DNA from: Bacteroidales bacterium
Lineage (GTDB): Bacteria; Bacteroidota; Bacteroidia; Bacteroidales; UBA3663
Reading direction: 5' to 3'
DNA length: 64,000 bases
Assembly: GCA_045640225.1 (NCBI GenBank)
Contig: JAZUEP010000136.1
Span: 13,771-77,770, forward strand
Of the stretch, positions 27,923-36,526 are shown in pieces. The notes under the pieces were generated by a model, which ran no database searches, was not told the DNA's origin, and was given only the letters and a program-made list of their open reading frames with translations. The translations under genes were made by a program, and so were the position numbers. Position 1 is the first letter of the stretch. Every line of letters begins with the position of its first letter.

Positions 27923-28885
27923 TCAAGCTTTCACCGGAACGCGATAGGTTCGGTATGCAATGCCACGGCCACCGAAGCCCTCTTTCTGGGCAATGAGCGA
28001 CTCGTTGAGGACGCGGCCGCCCTGCTCGTTGCTGGTGCCAAAATCGAAATAATTATAGCCCGCAAGACGATACTGCTCGATCAGCTGTGTATAGAGCAGG
28101 TCGAGGGCTCCATCGGCCTTACCCTGATGCGTGGCATGGCCATACTGCACGTGTACGGTCATCCGGTTGGTCAGGAACAGAACAGCACCTGCCTGGGGCG
28201 TACCATCCGAAGCCACACAGAGGTAACACTTGATGCGATCCCGGAAGCGGCCTTGCAGCAACTGCATCTCGGCCAACGAATGCACAGGCGATGCATCGTA
28301 ACGCTCCTGCAGGTTGTCGACCATGATAGGCCAGAACACCTCGAGCGGAGCATCTTCCACCAGACGATAGCCCAGTTCCTGAGCACGCGTCATACCGCGG
28401 CGGCGACGACGTTCGTAGGGAGGTTGCTGGGGCGTACCGTTCAGCGGAACGCTACAAGCCATATTGCAGACGACCAGCTGTGCATCGTGGCGCCACAGGG
28501 CGTATTCGTCCTCTTCGGCCGGACACTGGTGATAGATGGTCGGCATCGACTTGTAATACCATGCCTCGAAGCCCCGCTCCTGCAGGTAGGCAATCGTGAC
28601 ATCGAACAGCTGCAGCACCTGCTCGGCCGTAACCTTGGCCGTCATCACCAGACCTCCATACGTCAGGCCCTGATGGCTATAGAGCTGATGATTGCGCTCG
28701 TTGGCCGGCAAGGCAGCAAGCAGACGGCCCTTGTCGTCGTAGTACATCAGCGAATGGTCGTCGAAGCGGTCGCTATGATAGTCCATGTAGCCTCGCTCGA
28801 AGAGGAATGTCCCGCTCTTCGATTCGCGCACCAATGCGTCCCATTGCGCAGCCTTTGCGGCCGTATATCGTTCGATGGTAATCAT
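27923..28885 (-). CDS. FemAB-like GNAT superfamily acyltransferase
   Basis: MITIERYTAAKAAQWDALV... The roughly 320-aa two-lobed organisation resembles GNAT/FemAB-type enzymes in glycan loci. The track ORF starts at a GTG at 28906 that overlaps the fdtA-like stop; the ATG at 28885 is preferred. Confidence 0.55.
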   Translation of the reverse strand: MITIERYTAAKAAQWDALVRESKSGTFLFERGYMDYHSDRFDDHSLMYYDDKGRLLAALPANERNHQLYSHQGLTYGGLVMTAKVTAEQVLQLFDVTIAYLQERGFEAWYYKSMPTIYHQCPAEEDEYALWRHDAQLVVCNMACSVPLNGTPQQPPYERRRRRGMTRAQELGYRLVEDAPLEVFWPIMVDNLQERYDASPVHSLAEMQLLQGRFRDRIKCYLCVASDGTPQAGAVLFLTNRMTVHVQYGHATHQGKADGALDLLYTQLIEQYRLAGYNYFDFGTSNEQGGRVLNESLIAQKEGFGGRGIAYRTYRVPVKA

Positions 28886-28902
28886 GTTGTCTGTCCGAAA
28901 TA

Positions 28903-29331
28903 TCACTCCTTGCCTACGATGCCACGCTCGTGCAGGTAGGTATTGTAGTCGCGGATGTAATCGGCCTCGCTATAGTCGTGGCTGGCCAGCACCAGGCAGA
29001 GTGCACCGGACGAGAACTCCTGCTCGTGTGCCCAGATGCCGGGTGGTACCAACAGGCCCTGATACGGACGATTCAGCACCACGATACGTTCGTCGCGGCC
29101 ATCGCTCAGATAAACCTCGAGCGCACCCGACGCAGCAATAATCATCTGCCAGCATTCGCGGTGGGCATGGGCTCCACGATCCTTGCCTGCAGGCACGTCG
29201 TAGATGTAGAACACGCGCCTGATCGGGAACGGCACCTGCACGTTCTCGTAAATATAGGTCAGGCTGCCACGAGGATCCTCTTCCTTTGGCAGCTCCAATA
29301 GCTTGCAGTCCGATATGGTTGGCGTATTCAT
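28903..29331 (-). CDS. Sugar 3,4-ketoisomerase (FdtA/QdtA, WxcM-like cupin)
   Basis: DPRGSLTYIYENVQVPFPIRRVFYIYDVPAGKDRGAHAHRECWQMIIAASGALEV is the cupin signature of dTDP-4-keto-6-deoxyhexose 3,4-isomerases. Confidence 0.8.
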   Translation of the reverse strand: MNTPTISDCKLLELPKEEDPRGSLTYIYENVQVPFPIRRVFYIYDVPAGKDRGAHAHRECWQMIIAASGALEVYLSDGRDERIVVLNRPYQGLLVPPGIWAHEQEFSSGALCLVLASHDYSEADYIRDYNTYLHERGIVGKE

Positions 29332-29340
29332 CGTTCTTTC

Positions 29341-29366
29341 AACTCTAAACTCTTAACTCTAAACTT
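29341..29366. repeat. Tandem AACTCTAAACT(C) copies, the reverse complement of the GAGTTTAGAG motif
   Basis: AACTCTAAACTCTTAACTCTAAACT, lying between the stop at 29377 and the start at 29331. Confidence 0.8.
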
Positions 29367-29376
29367 CACTCACAGC

Positions 29377-31023
29377 CTATCGCTTCAGCCATCGCTCAGG
29401 GTTCTGGGCGGTAGACTTGTGGTAGATCCAGAAGCGAATCTCGGCACGATTGCCGTCTGGCTCGGTCTTCAGCGTTCCTAACTGCTGGCGAGTCGAAACC
29501 TTCTGGCCGGCCTTTACCGTGACATTGCGTAGGTTCATGTACACCGAACGGTAGTCGCCATGCTGTACGATGACGGTCCATTCCTCGGACGATGAGAAGC
29601 AGCTCTGTACCACACCGTCGTAAACCGCACAGGCATGCGTTCCGGCCTTGGTGCTCAGCACGATGCTCGAATTGCCGTTACCTGACTGATTGAAATGATC
29701 GACAAAGGCAAAGCTGGCATCCACCGGATAAGGCAGACGGCCCTTGTTGCTGGCAAAGCTACCCGACAGGCGACGATAGCTGTCGTCCACGCTCACCTTG
29801 GCGTTGCTGTGGCTGGTAGACCGGCTTGAAGAGCCTTCGCTGGCATCCTGACCCTTGCTGTCGGTCTTGCCTGTAGCGGGCTTCTTGCCGTCGCTCTTAC
29901 CATTGTTCTTCTCCTTGCGACGGGCTTCTTCCTCGGCCCTACGCTGTGCTTCCTCGGCCTTTCGCACCTCTTCTTCGATCATGCGCTGTATGGTCTTCTC
30001 GACCTCGGCCATACGCTGGCGATCACGATCGAGCTCACCCTGCAGCTCCTTGTTGCGCTTCTGCAGCTGAGCCAGCTGGTTCTGCTGTTCCTGCTGACGA
30101 TGAGCCAGGGCTTTCTGCTCGCGATCCATGTCAGACAACTTCTGCTCGCGATCCTGACGGGTCTGCTCGACGGCAGCACGGGCCTTATCCAGCTCGGTTC
30201 GCTGCTGGTCGAGGTTGGCTGCCTGCTCCTTGCGCCAGTCGCCATACGAACGGAGGTACTTCAGGCGACGAAGGCCTTCGAACAGGTCCTTGGCCGATAT
30301 GACGAACAGTAATTCGTTGTAGCCGCTGCGCCACTTATACATATGGCGCATGGCCGAGGCATATTTATCCTTCGTGGCGCTGTGTTCCTTCTCCAGCCTG
30401 CGGATCTCGCCCTTCAGGCTGTCCTCTTCGGCAACGAAGGCGTCAATCTCCTGTTGCTGGCTGTTGATCAGGGCCTGACGCTTACGGATCTCGTCCTCGC
30501 GAATGCGGAGGTCGCGGCTCTGACTACGCACGCTCTGGTTGTTGCTGTTGATCAAGGCTTCGGTGTCCTTGATCTGTCGCTGCAGGTCGCGCTGCTGCTT
30601 CTCGTAGGCCTGACGCGACATGGGCTTCTGCTGTTTCTTGCTGCTGTTGCCCGATGTCTTCTTGCTACTTTGTGTGGTCGACTTGTTGCTCGAGGTCGAC
30701 GATTGTTTCTTCTGCGTCGTGGTCGACTTCTTCTGTGTCGAGGCTGGTTTCTTGGTGTTCGACTGCGGTGTAGACTTCTTCTGAGTCGTGGCCGGCTTCT
30801 TCTGGTTGGCAGCCGGCTTCTTTTGCGTCGATTGCTGTGCCGGCTTCTTTTGCGTCGAGGCAGGCTTCTTGGCCGGTGCGGTCGACGTAGTTTTCTTCTT
30901 CGTTCCCTGCGTCTGGCTGGTCGGTGTCGAGGCCTTCTTCTGTGCCAGGGCCGCATCGGTCGGCGCTGCCATCAGCAGTGCCATCAGCAGTATTCCTATC
31001 AGGTGTCGCAATAGACCTCGCAT
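29377..31023 (-). CDS. M23 peptidase-domain, EnvC-like murein hydrolase activator with a long K/T/S/Q-rich linker
   Basis: Order of elements: signal peptide, about 105 aa of QKKP/STQKK repeats, a coiled coil (QRDLQRQIKDTEALI..., ELQGELDRDRQRMAEVEK), then a C-terminal LytM/M23-like VIVQHGDYRSVYMNL....GQKV...Q.LG. Confidence 0.8.
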   Translation of the reverse strand: MRGLLRHLIGILLMALLMAAPTDAALAQKKASTPTSQTQGTKKKTTSTAPAKKPASTQKKPAQQSTQKKPAANQKKPATTQKKSTPQSNTKKPASTQKKSTTTQKKQSSTSSNKSTTQSSKKTSGNSSKKQQKPMSRQAYEKQQRDLQRQIKDTEALINSNNQSVRSQSRDLRIREDEIRKRQALINSQQQEIDAFVAEEDSLKGEIRRLEKEHSATKDKYASAMRHMYKWRSGYNELLFVISAKDLFEGLRRLKYLRSYGDWRKEQAANLDQQRTELDKARAAVEQTRQDREQKLSDMDREQKALAHRQQEQQNQLAQLQKRNKELQGELDRDRQRMAEVEKTIQRMIEEEVRKAEEAQRRAEEEARRKEKNNGKSDGKKPATGKTDSKGQDASEGSSSRSTSHSNAKVSVDDSYRRLSGSFASNKGRLPYPVDASFAFVDHFNQSGNGNSSIVLSTKAGTHACAVYDGVVQSCFSSSEEWTVIVQHGDYRSVYMNLRNVTVKAGQKVSTRQQLGTLKTEPDGNRAEIRFWIYHKSTAQNPERWLKR

Positions 31024-31065
31024 CGTCGTTATCTGTAATTAGTAATTCTGGTCACCGCCAGTTCA

Positions 31066-31121
31066 GTAATTCGTAACTCGTAATTCGTAATTAAGAATTC
31101 GTGATTATGAATTCTTAATTC
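31066..31121. repeat. Eight degenerate heptamers (GTAATTC-like), the opposite orientation of the AATTACG family
   Basis: GTAATTC GTAACTC GTAATTC GTAATTA AGAATTC GTGATTA TGAATTC TTAATTC. The last unit overlaps the stop codon at 31120-31122. Confidence 0.75.
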
Positions 31122-31971
31122 ACTTCATGATTGCCTTCACCGTCTCCACCATCTCGTCTACGCTCACCTTGCGGTACGATGATGTAGGTTCGAAGTCGCG
31201 CCACGAGCTCTCGCCCATCTCAGGATTGCTGAGCGACAGGGTTGCCTTGATGCTCTTGCCGGCACCAGTCGTGGCCGTGACGGTCTCGAGCGTAGGAATC
31301 CACTGTCCAGCCTCAACCTCGCGATATTCATCGTACTCCAGCAACACTGAACGGCTGCCGATGGTCAGTTGCGTGCTGGCCAGTCGACCCGATGCGTTGA
31401 TGTCGTAGCGCAGGCTGTAGTCCTTGCCCGTGTATACACCGATGGTGTTGCCCTTCGTTCCGTCAGGCTTTGTAGGCGTGCTCCAAAGCAAGCGGCTGTA
31501 ATCGCGGCTGGTAGCACGACCGTGACCAGGAATGTAGATGCGACCCAGCACGATGCACTCCAGCGCCTCCATCTCGTGGCCTTTCAGTTCGTCGATACGA
31601 TACAGATCGCTGAGGCGTTCGGTGCAATACATCTTGTCGTACTTGTCGACCACCAATACCTGCTCCTGCGTAGCTTCGACACGCGCAATCTCGAATCCTA
31701 ACAATGGGGCATTGACCTGCATGCACAGGCGACGGCCAGACTCGAGGCAGAGCTTGCCATTCAGGCTCGTACTGCCCAGCGTGTACTTGCTCTTCGACTG
31801 CAGGGCATCATAGGTGAAGTCGCCATTGCGCACTACCGTTTCGTAACGTGCCTGTTCAGGATTAGGACCGTCGAGGGTCGATACCAGGTTACGACGACTG
31901 CGGCAGGAAGTCAGTGCAGCCACGGCACACAGCGTCAGGATCAGGGTCTTGATTGTATTTCTTGTCTTCAT
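31120..31971 (-). CDS. DUF4292 (LolB-like) lipoprotein
   Basis: Lipobox ALTSC. LNGKLCLESGRRLCMQVNAPLLGFEIARVEATQEQVLVVDKYDKMY resembles DUF4292. The conserved Bacteroidota order TPR - DUF4292 - M23 peptidase is present. Confidence 0.6.
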   Translation of the reverse strand: MKTRNTIKTLILTLCAVAALTSCRSRRNLVSTLDGPNPEQARYETVVRNGDFTYDALQSKSKYTLGSTSLNGKLCLESGRRLCMQVNAPLLGFEIARVEATQEQVLVVDKYDKMYCTERLSDLYRIDELKGHEMEALECIVLGRIYIPGHGRATSRDYSRLLWSTPTKPDGTKGNTIGVYTGKDYSLRYDINASGRLASTQLTIGSRSVLLEYDEYREVEAGQWIPTLETVTATTGAGKSIKATLSLSNPEMGESSWRDFEPTSSYRKVSVDEMVETVKAIMK

Positions 31972-31980
31972 TGTTCGTAA

Positions 31981-33906
31981 TTATTTCAATAGCAGCTCGG
32001 CGCTGTCAATCTTCTTCTGTATCATTTCGGGATCGTCGCAATCGGTGCAGTTCAATGCCTTGCGCCACTGTTCGGCGGCTCCCTTCAGGTCATTGTTCTT
32101 CACCAGCATGTCGCCAAAGTGATCGTAGAGCGTGCAATTGTCCGTATCGCCTTCAGGCAGGCAGTCGACGGCATGCTGCTGATAGAAGGTCGCCAGCATC
32201 GACTGTCCCTCGAGGTGCAGAATCCAGGCGTAGGTATCGAGGTAGGTAGGATTGTCGGGATACTTCTGTATCACCTTCAGGGCCATCTGTTCGGCCTTCG
32301 ACAGGTCCTTCTGTGCCTCGCTCAGGTAATAGGCATAGTTGTTCAGGGCCGCATAGTTCGTAGGATTATACTTCACGGCCTTCTCGTAGCATTCCCAGGT
32401 CTGGTCGAGCGAATCCAGCTGATAATAAATGTCGCCCATGTTGCCCCACAGCTGGCTCACCTTGTTGGCATCGGGTGGCGTCATGTTCTCGATGGCCCGT
32501 CGGTACTGGTCGATGGCTTCGGTCTTCTGCTCCATGTTCAGGTAGGCCCAAGCGGCTACCAGATAGGCTGTCTGGCATGTAGGATGTGCCTCGTGCACCT
32601 CGTCGGTCAGGACGACGATATCGGGCTTCGACATCCAAGCCGTGGCGTAAACCAGCATCTGTTCCCAATAGTCCTGCGACGTTGGCTTCAGGTCAACGGC
32701 AAAGCGCATGCATTCCGTTGCCAGGCTGTCCTGTCCCATGGCGTGACGCCATTGTGCCTGCAGCTCGTACACGCCATCCGCAGCCGGATGCATCGTAGCC
32801 ACTTCGGTGAAGAGCGAGTCGACATTGCGGAACAAGGCCATCGTATCGAGGCTGGTGTAGATGGATCCCTTCTCGACCTGCTCGCGATATTGCGACAGCT
32901 TGCGGTACGAACCCTTCAGATACTCCATCATCACGTCTACCTTCGTCTCCACGTCGAGGTTGGCATTAGTCAGGGCCGAAGCCACCAGCGTATCGGCAGC
33001 CAGCTGATCGCCTATCATGCTGTAGTAGTTGGCCTGTGCTACCCAGACGTAGGCGTTGTCCGGATCGATGGCCGCAGCCTCGTCGTAGGTCTGCTTGGCC
33101 TGCGGAATCTGTCCGTTCTGCATCTGCAGGTTACCCAGCTGGATGCGATGCTGCATGTTATAGGGATAGCGAGCAATGAGCTTACGATACTCGTCCAGGC
33201 CCTCCTCGGCACGACCATTGTCCTGCAGGATGCCGAACTTATATTGCGTCAGCTGCGGGCTGATGCCTTCAAGCTCCTCCAGGCGGTTCAGCATCTTCAG
33301 GCACAGGTCGATGCTGTCCAGTCGCAGGTAGATCTCGCTCATGTTGTACAGCGGTTCGCTCTTCTCAGGATACTGACGGACCAGACGTTCGTAGCAGACA
33401 CGTGCATCGTCGATACGCTTCAGCACCAGAAAGAGGTTGCCGGCTGCCTCGGTGTACCAGTAGTTCACCGAATCGATGGCCACGGCACGCTCGATGGACA
33501 GAATCGTCTGCAGCGCGTTGTTCTGACGACGATACTGATTGCTCAGCCAATAATGGGCGGCGGCCAGGCCAGGGACCTGACGCGTCGAAGGCACGCGCTG
33601 TCCCTTGCCGAGGGGCTTGGGAGCTTCGGATGGGAAATGCAGGTTGATGACGTACCCCAGGGGTGACATCAGCGAGTCGTAGAAGGATGTGGCCTCGGTC
33701 ATCACCGCGATGGCCGAATCGGCCAGGCCACGCTGGTTGAGGGTAATGGCACGGAAATAGAGCGAATCGAACACCTGCTGCTGATCAAGCGTCAGGATCG
33801 ACGTCTCGTCCGCGGTCGCTGCCTTGCGTCGGCGTGCCATCAACGCGGATGGCAACATCAGGGTCACGACGACCAACAGGATTATATATTGGCACGAATG
33901 GCGCAT
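31981..33906 (-). CDS. Tetratricopeptide repeat protein
   Basis: 641 aa with a signal/anchor segment. There are many 34-aa TPR-like units (W..LG..Y....D.A...YEKA...NP.N). Confidence 0.8.
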   Translation of the reverse strand: MRHSCQYIILLVVVTLMLPSALMARRRKAATADETSILTLDQQQVFDSLYFRAITLNQRGLADSAIAVMTEATSFYDSLMSPLGYVINLHFPSEAPKPLGKGQRVPSTRQVPGLAAAHYWLSNQYRRQNNALQTILSIERAVAIDSVNYWYTEAAGNLFLVLKRIDDARVCYERLVRQYPEKSEPLYNMSEIYLRLDSIDLCLKMLNRLEELEGISPQLTQYKFGILQDNGRAEEGLDEYRKLIARYPYNMQHRIQLGNLQMQNGQIPQAKQTYDEAAAIDPDNAYVWVAQANYYSMIGDQLAADTLVASALTNANLDVETKVDVMMEYLKGSYRKLSQYREQVEKGSIYTSLDTMALFRNVDSLFTEVATMHPAADGVYELQAQWRHAMGQDSLATECMRFAVDLKPTSQDYWEQMLVYATAWMSKPDIVVLTDEVHEAHPTCQTAYLVAAWAYLNMEQKTEAIDQYRRAIENMTPPDANKVSQLWGNMGDIYYQLDSLDQTWECYEKAVKYNPTNYAALNNYAYYLSEAQKDLSKAEQMALKVIQKYPDNPTYLDTYAWILHLEGQSMLATFYQQHAVDCLPEGDTDNCTLYDHFGDMLVKNNDLKGAAEQWRKALNCTDCDDPEMIQKKIDSAELLLK

Positions 33907-33985
33907 CTTGTTCGAGAAGGATGATTATCGACGATTAAACAGGATGGAGAAAATTCCAACGCATTATTTAATTAAATAACGGGCG

Positions 33986-33993
33986 CAAATATA
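33986..33993 (-). promoter_or_regulatory. -7 promoter box (TATATTTG) for the TPR operon
   Basis: Plus strand reads CAAATATA, 79 nt upstream of the ATG at 33906. Confidence 0.4.
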
Positions 33994-34176
33994 ATAATAA
34001 AAATCGAATTAAGCAAATCACGCCCCATTTTTTTACATTATTTTACCTAATCCCTTCCCTCTCGGCCATCAAACCATGGTTCCTCGTTTTGTTATTATGT
34101 GTTTAGCAGGGATGGAGGCCCTTCGTCATCGTGTTCTTCCTTGCCGTGTTTTTCACAAAATGCTTCCTCGTTTTGT

Positions 34177-34445
34177 GGAAGAGCATTCCGGAAGAAAATT
34201 GCACTTCCCCGTTTCGCGGAAGAGCATTTCGGAAGAAAATTGCGCTTCCCCGTTTCGCGGAAGAGCATTCCGGAAGAAAAATGCGCTTCCCCGTCGCGAG
34301 GAAGAGCATTCCGGAAAAAAAATGCGCTTCCCCGCCGCGAGGAAGAGCATTCCGGAAGAAAAATGCAGCTCGCCCGTTGCGAGGAAGAGCATTCCGGAAG
34401 AAAAATGCGCTTCCCCGTCGCGAGGAAACGCATTTTACGAAAAGA
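34177..34445. repeat. Tandem array of a 41-bp hairpin-forming unit: 6 full copies plus degenerate flanking copies
   Basis: Units start at 34177, 34218, 34259, 34300, 34341, 34383 and 34424 (spacing 41,41,41,41,42,41). The consensus is GGAAGAGCATTCCGGAAGAAAAATGCGCTTCCCCGTCGCGA. There are no unique spacers. Confidence 0.95.
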
Positions 34446-34470
34446 TCGGATCGAGCCGCAATGTGGGCGA

Positions 34471-35304
34471 TCAGAGCAGTGGCTTGAGGCACTCGGCCAT
34501 TTCGGCAGCGACCTTGGCAGCCTCCTGACCGGCAACGGCCGCAAAATTCTCGCTATGGTCGGCATAGATGATGGCACGGCTGCTGTTGACGATGAGGCCA
34601 CACTGGCTGTTCATACCATACTTCACCACTTCCTGCAGCGAACCACCCTGAGCGCCGATGCCCGGCACGAGGAGGAACGAATCAGGTGCGATGCGACGGA
34701 TATCCTCGAACATCTGGCCCTGGGTAGCGCCAACTACGAACATGATCTGATCCTCAGTGCCCCAAGTCTTCACGGTGCCCAGCACCTTCTCGAACAAACG
34801 CGTCTCGGTGCCGTCGATGGTGCAGAGCTGGAAATCGTGGCTACCCTTATTGCTGGTCAGTGCCAGACAGATAACCCACTTTCCGTCGTAGCCAAGGAAT
34901 GGCTTGACCGAGTCCTCGCCCATGTAAGGAGCCACGGTAACGGCATCGAGGTCCATGTGCTCGAAGAACGAGCGGGCATAGAGCATCGAAGTGTTGCCGA
35001 TATCGCCACGCTTAGCATCAGCGATGATGAACTGATTCGGGTAGTTTGTGCGGATGTAGTTGACGGTCTTCTCGAAGGCAATCCATCCCTCCACACCGAA
35101 GCACTCGTAGAAAGCCAGGTTGGGCTTGTAAGCGATGCAATAAGGCTCGGTGGCATCGATGATAGCCTTGTTGAACTCGAAGATAGCGTCCTGAGCAGGC
35201 AGCGACTGCAGGTGCTCCGGAATCTTCTTGATGTCGGTATCGAGACCTACGCACAGGAAGGTCTTCTTGAGCTTGATTTGCTCGAAAAGTTGTTCGCGAT
35301 TCAT
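34471..35304 (-). CDS. pyrF: Orotidine 5'-phosphate decarboxylase (long, type 2 form)
   Basis: [32 protein letters not shown] and [11 protein letters not shown]. Confidence 0.9.
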   Translation of the reverse strand: MNREQLFEQIKLKKTFLCVGLDTDIKKIPEHLQSLPAQDAIFEFNKAIIDATEPYCIAYKPNLAFYECFGVEGWIAFEKTVNYIRTNYPNQFIIADAKRGDIGNTSMLYARSFFEHMDLDAVTVAPYMGEDSVKPFLGYDGKWVICLALTSNKGSHDFQLCTIDGTETRLFEKVLGTVKTWGTEDQIMFVVGATQGQMFEDIRRIAPDSFLLVPGIGAQGGSLQEVVKYGMNSQCGLIVNSSRAIIYADHSENFAAVAGQEAAKVAAEMAECLKPLL

Positions 35305-35333
35305 AATTCTTATTATTTAATGGTTTTGTTAGT

Positions 35334-36485
35334 CTATTTATAGATGTACCACGGACGCATCTGCACCTTGTAATCGAGGTGCCAGTAGCCATCGAGATAG
35401 GGTTGCCACTCCTTGACCGAGGGCGAGATGCCAATCTGCAAGGCATAGAGGCGAGTGCCTTCGTCCTGAAGCTGACGCAACTCGCGCAACAGCGGAGCTT
35501 CGACCAGCGGGAACTTGAAGTCGGAAATGAGCAGCAGGTCGGCACTGCCGTAACGTGGATTGCTGGCAATGAGGCGGAAGGCCGAACGGAGCATCTCAGA
35601 GCCGTCGGTCGAACCGCCACACTCCTGCCGCATATAATCGAGCAGCGAAGTGCGTTGCTGACGCACGTCGAAGGTCTTGGCCGAAGTGGCGAAGGTGATG
35701 AGCAACAGGTCGCGATCCTGCGACAAAGCCACCTGCAGCAACTTGACGACAAGGCTGTGCGCAATGCGTTCGGGCGGACCTTGCATCGACCCGCTCGTAT
35801 CCATGCAGACGATCATCGGGCCCTTCTGACGGGCACGAGCCACCTGCACCTTCTGTGCCTTCTTCATCAGGTTGGACTTGTACTGGAAAGTCTGCAAACG
35901 TCGAGTAGCGAAACGATAGGCAAAGAGGCCGGAAAGCTGTTCGTCGGCCATGGTAGCCAGCTCGATGGGAAGCAGGGCCGTGAGGTCGTTACCGACCGAA
36001 ATACCCTCGATGTCGCTGGGTGCGGAATGTTCCATGCGGTAGAGGCTGCCGCTGCCGACCGGCACGCGCTCAGGGCCTTCGTTGTCGGCAATACGTCCTA
36101 CGCGACGCGCCACGTCGAGCAGAATCGGATACTGTTGCTGCAGACGGACGATGGGACGAATACGCTCGAAGGTAACGGTGTTCCAGATGGTTCCCATCAG
36201 GGCCCAGCACTGTGCGAACTCGTCGAGCGTACAGTCGTGCGACGACAGATAGGCGGGAATGACGTCGAGATACTTGTCGAGCAATTGCTGCTGCACGGGA
36301 CGGTGTTCGCGCAGATAGTCATCGCGTACTTGCGAAAGCTCGTAAGGATCTTCAACACCACGTATGTGCATAAACCTCAGACGCGCCTCGAGAGCATCGG
36401 AAAAGGCACGTTCCAGGTCGTCACAAAGCAGTTGCTCGAGCGGAGACAACACCTTGGGCGGATAATGCAGATACTTGACTTCCAT
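35334..36485 (-). CDS. VWA domain protein (ViaA-like partner of the upstream AAA+ ATPase)
   Basis: MIDAS motif in MIVCMDTSGSMQG, followed by LLLITFATSA and LLLISDF. Confidence 0.75.
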   Translation of the reverse strand: MEVKYLHYPPKVLSPLEQLLCDDLERAFSDALEARLRFMHIRGVEDPYELSQVRDDYLREHRPVQQQLLDKYLDVIPAYLSSHDCTLDEFAQCWALMGTIWNTVTFERIRPIVRLQQQYPILLDVARRVGRIADNEGPERVPVGSGSLYRMEHSAPSDIEGISVGNDLTALLPIELATMADEQLSGLFAYRFATRRLQTFQYKSNLMKKAQKVQVARARQKGPMIVCMDTSGSMQGPPERIAHSLVVKLLQVALSQDRDLLLITFATSAKTFDVRQQRTSLLDYMRQECGGSTDGSEMLRSAFRLIASNPRYGSADLLLISDFKFPLVEAPLLRELRQLQDEGTRLYALQIGISPSVKEWQPYLDGYWHLDYKVQMRPWYIYK

Positions 36486-36526
36486 CGCAATAGCTGGCTC
36501 TTGGTCTTCTAACCCTTATTCGTGTA

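Noticed and set aside
30343-31014. A 223-aa plus-strand Leu/Arg-rich ORF and a 134-aa minus-strand Arg/Pro-rich ORF over the EnvC-like repeat region.
   Set aside because: They are products of the repetitive K/T/S/Q-coding DNA read in other frames. The M23 frame is continuous through the signal peptide, coiled coil and catalytic-type domain.
32119-33666. A 515-aa plus-strand ORF opposite the TPR gene.
   Set aside because: The minus-strand frame shows regular TPR units, a signal sequence and a promoter box. The plus-strand translation is Leu/Arg/Gly/Val-rich with no features.
34076-34601. Six stacked ORFs (79-168 aa, plus the start of a 414-aa ORF) over the repeat array. I also considered whether the array is a CRISPR locus.
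   Set aside because: The ORFs exist only because the 41-bp unit lacks all stop triplets on both strands. Since 41 is not a multiple of 3, the translations simply cycle through the frames. It is not CRISPR: the units are contiguous with no unique spacers, and no cas genes are present.
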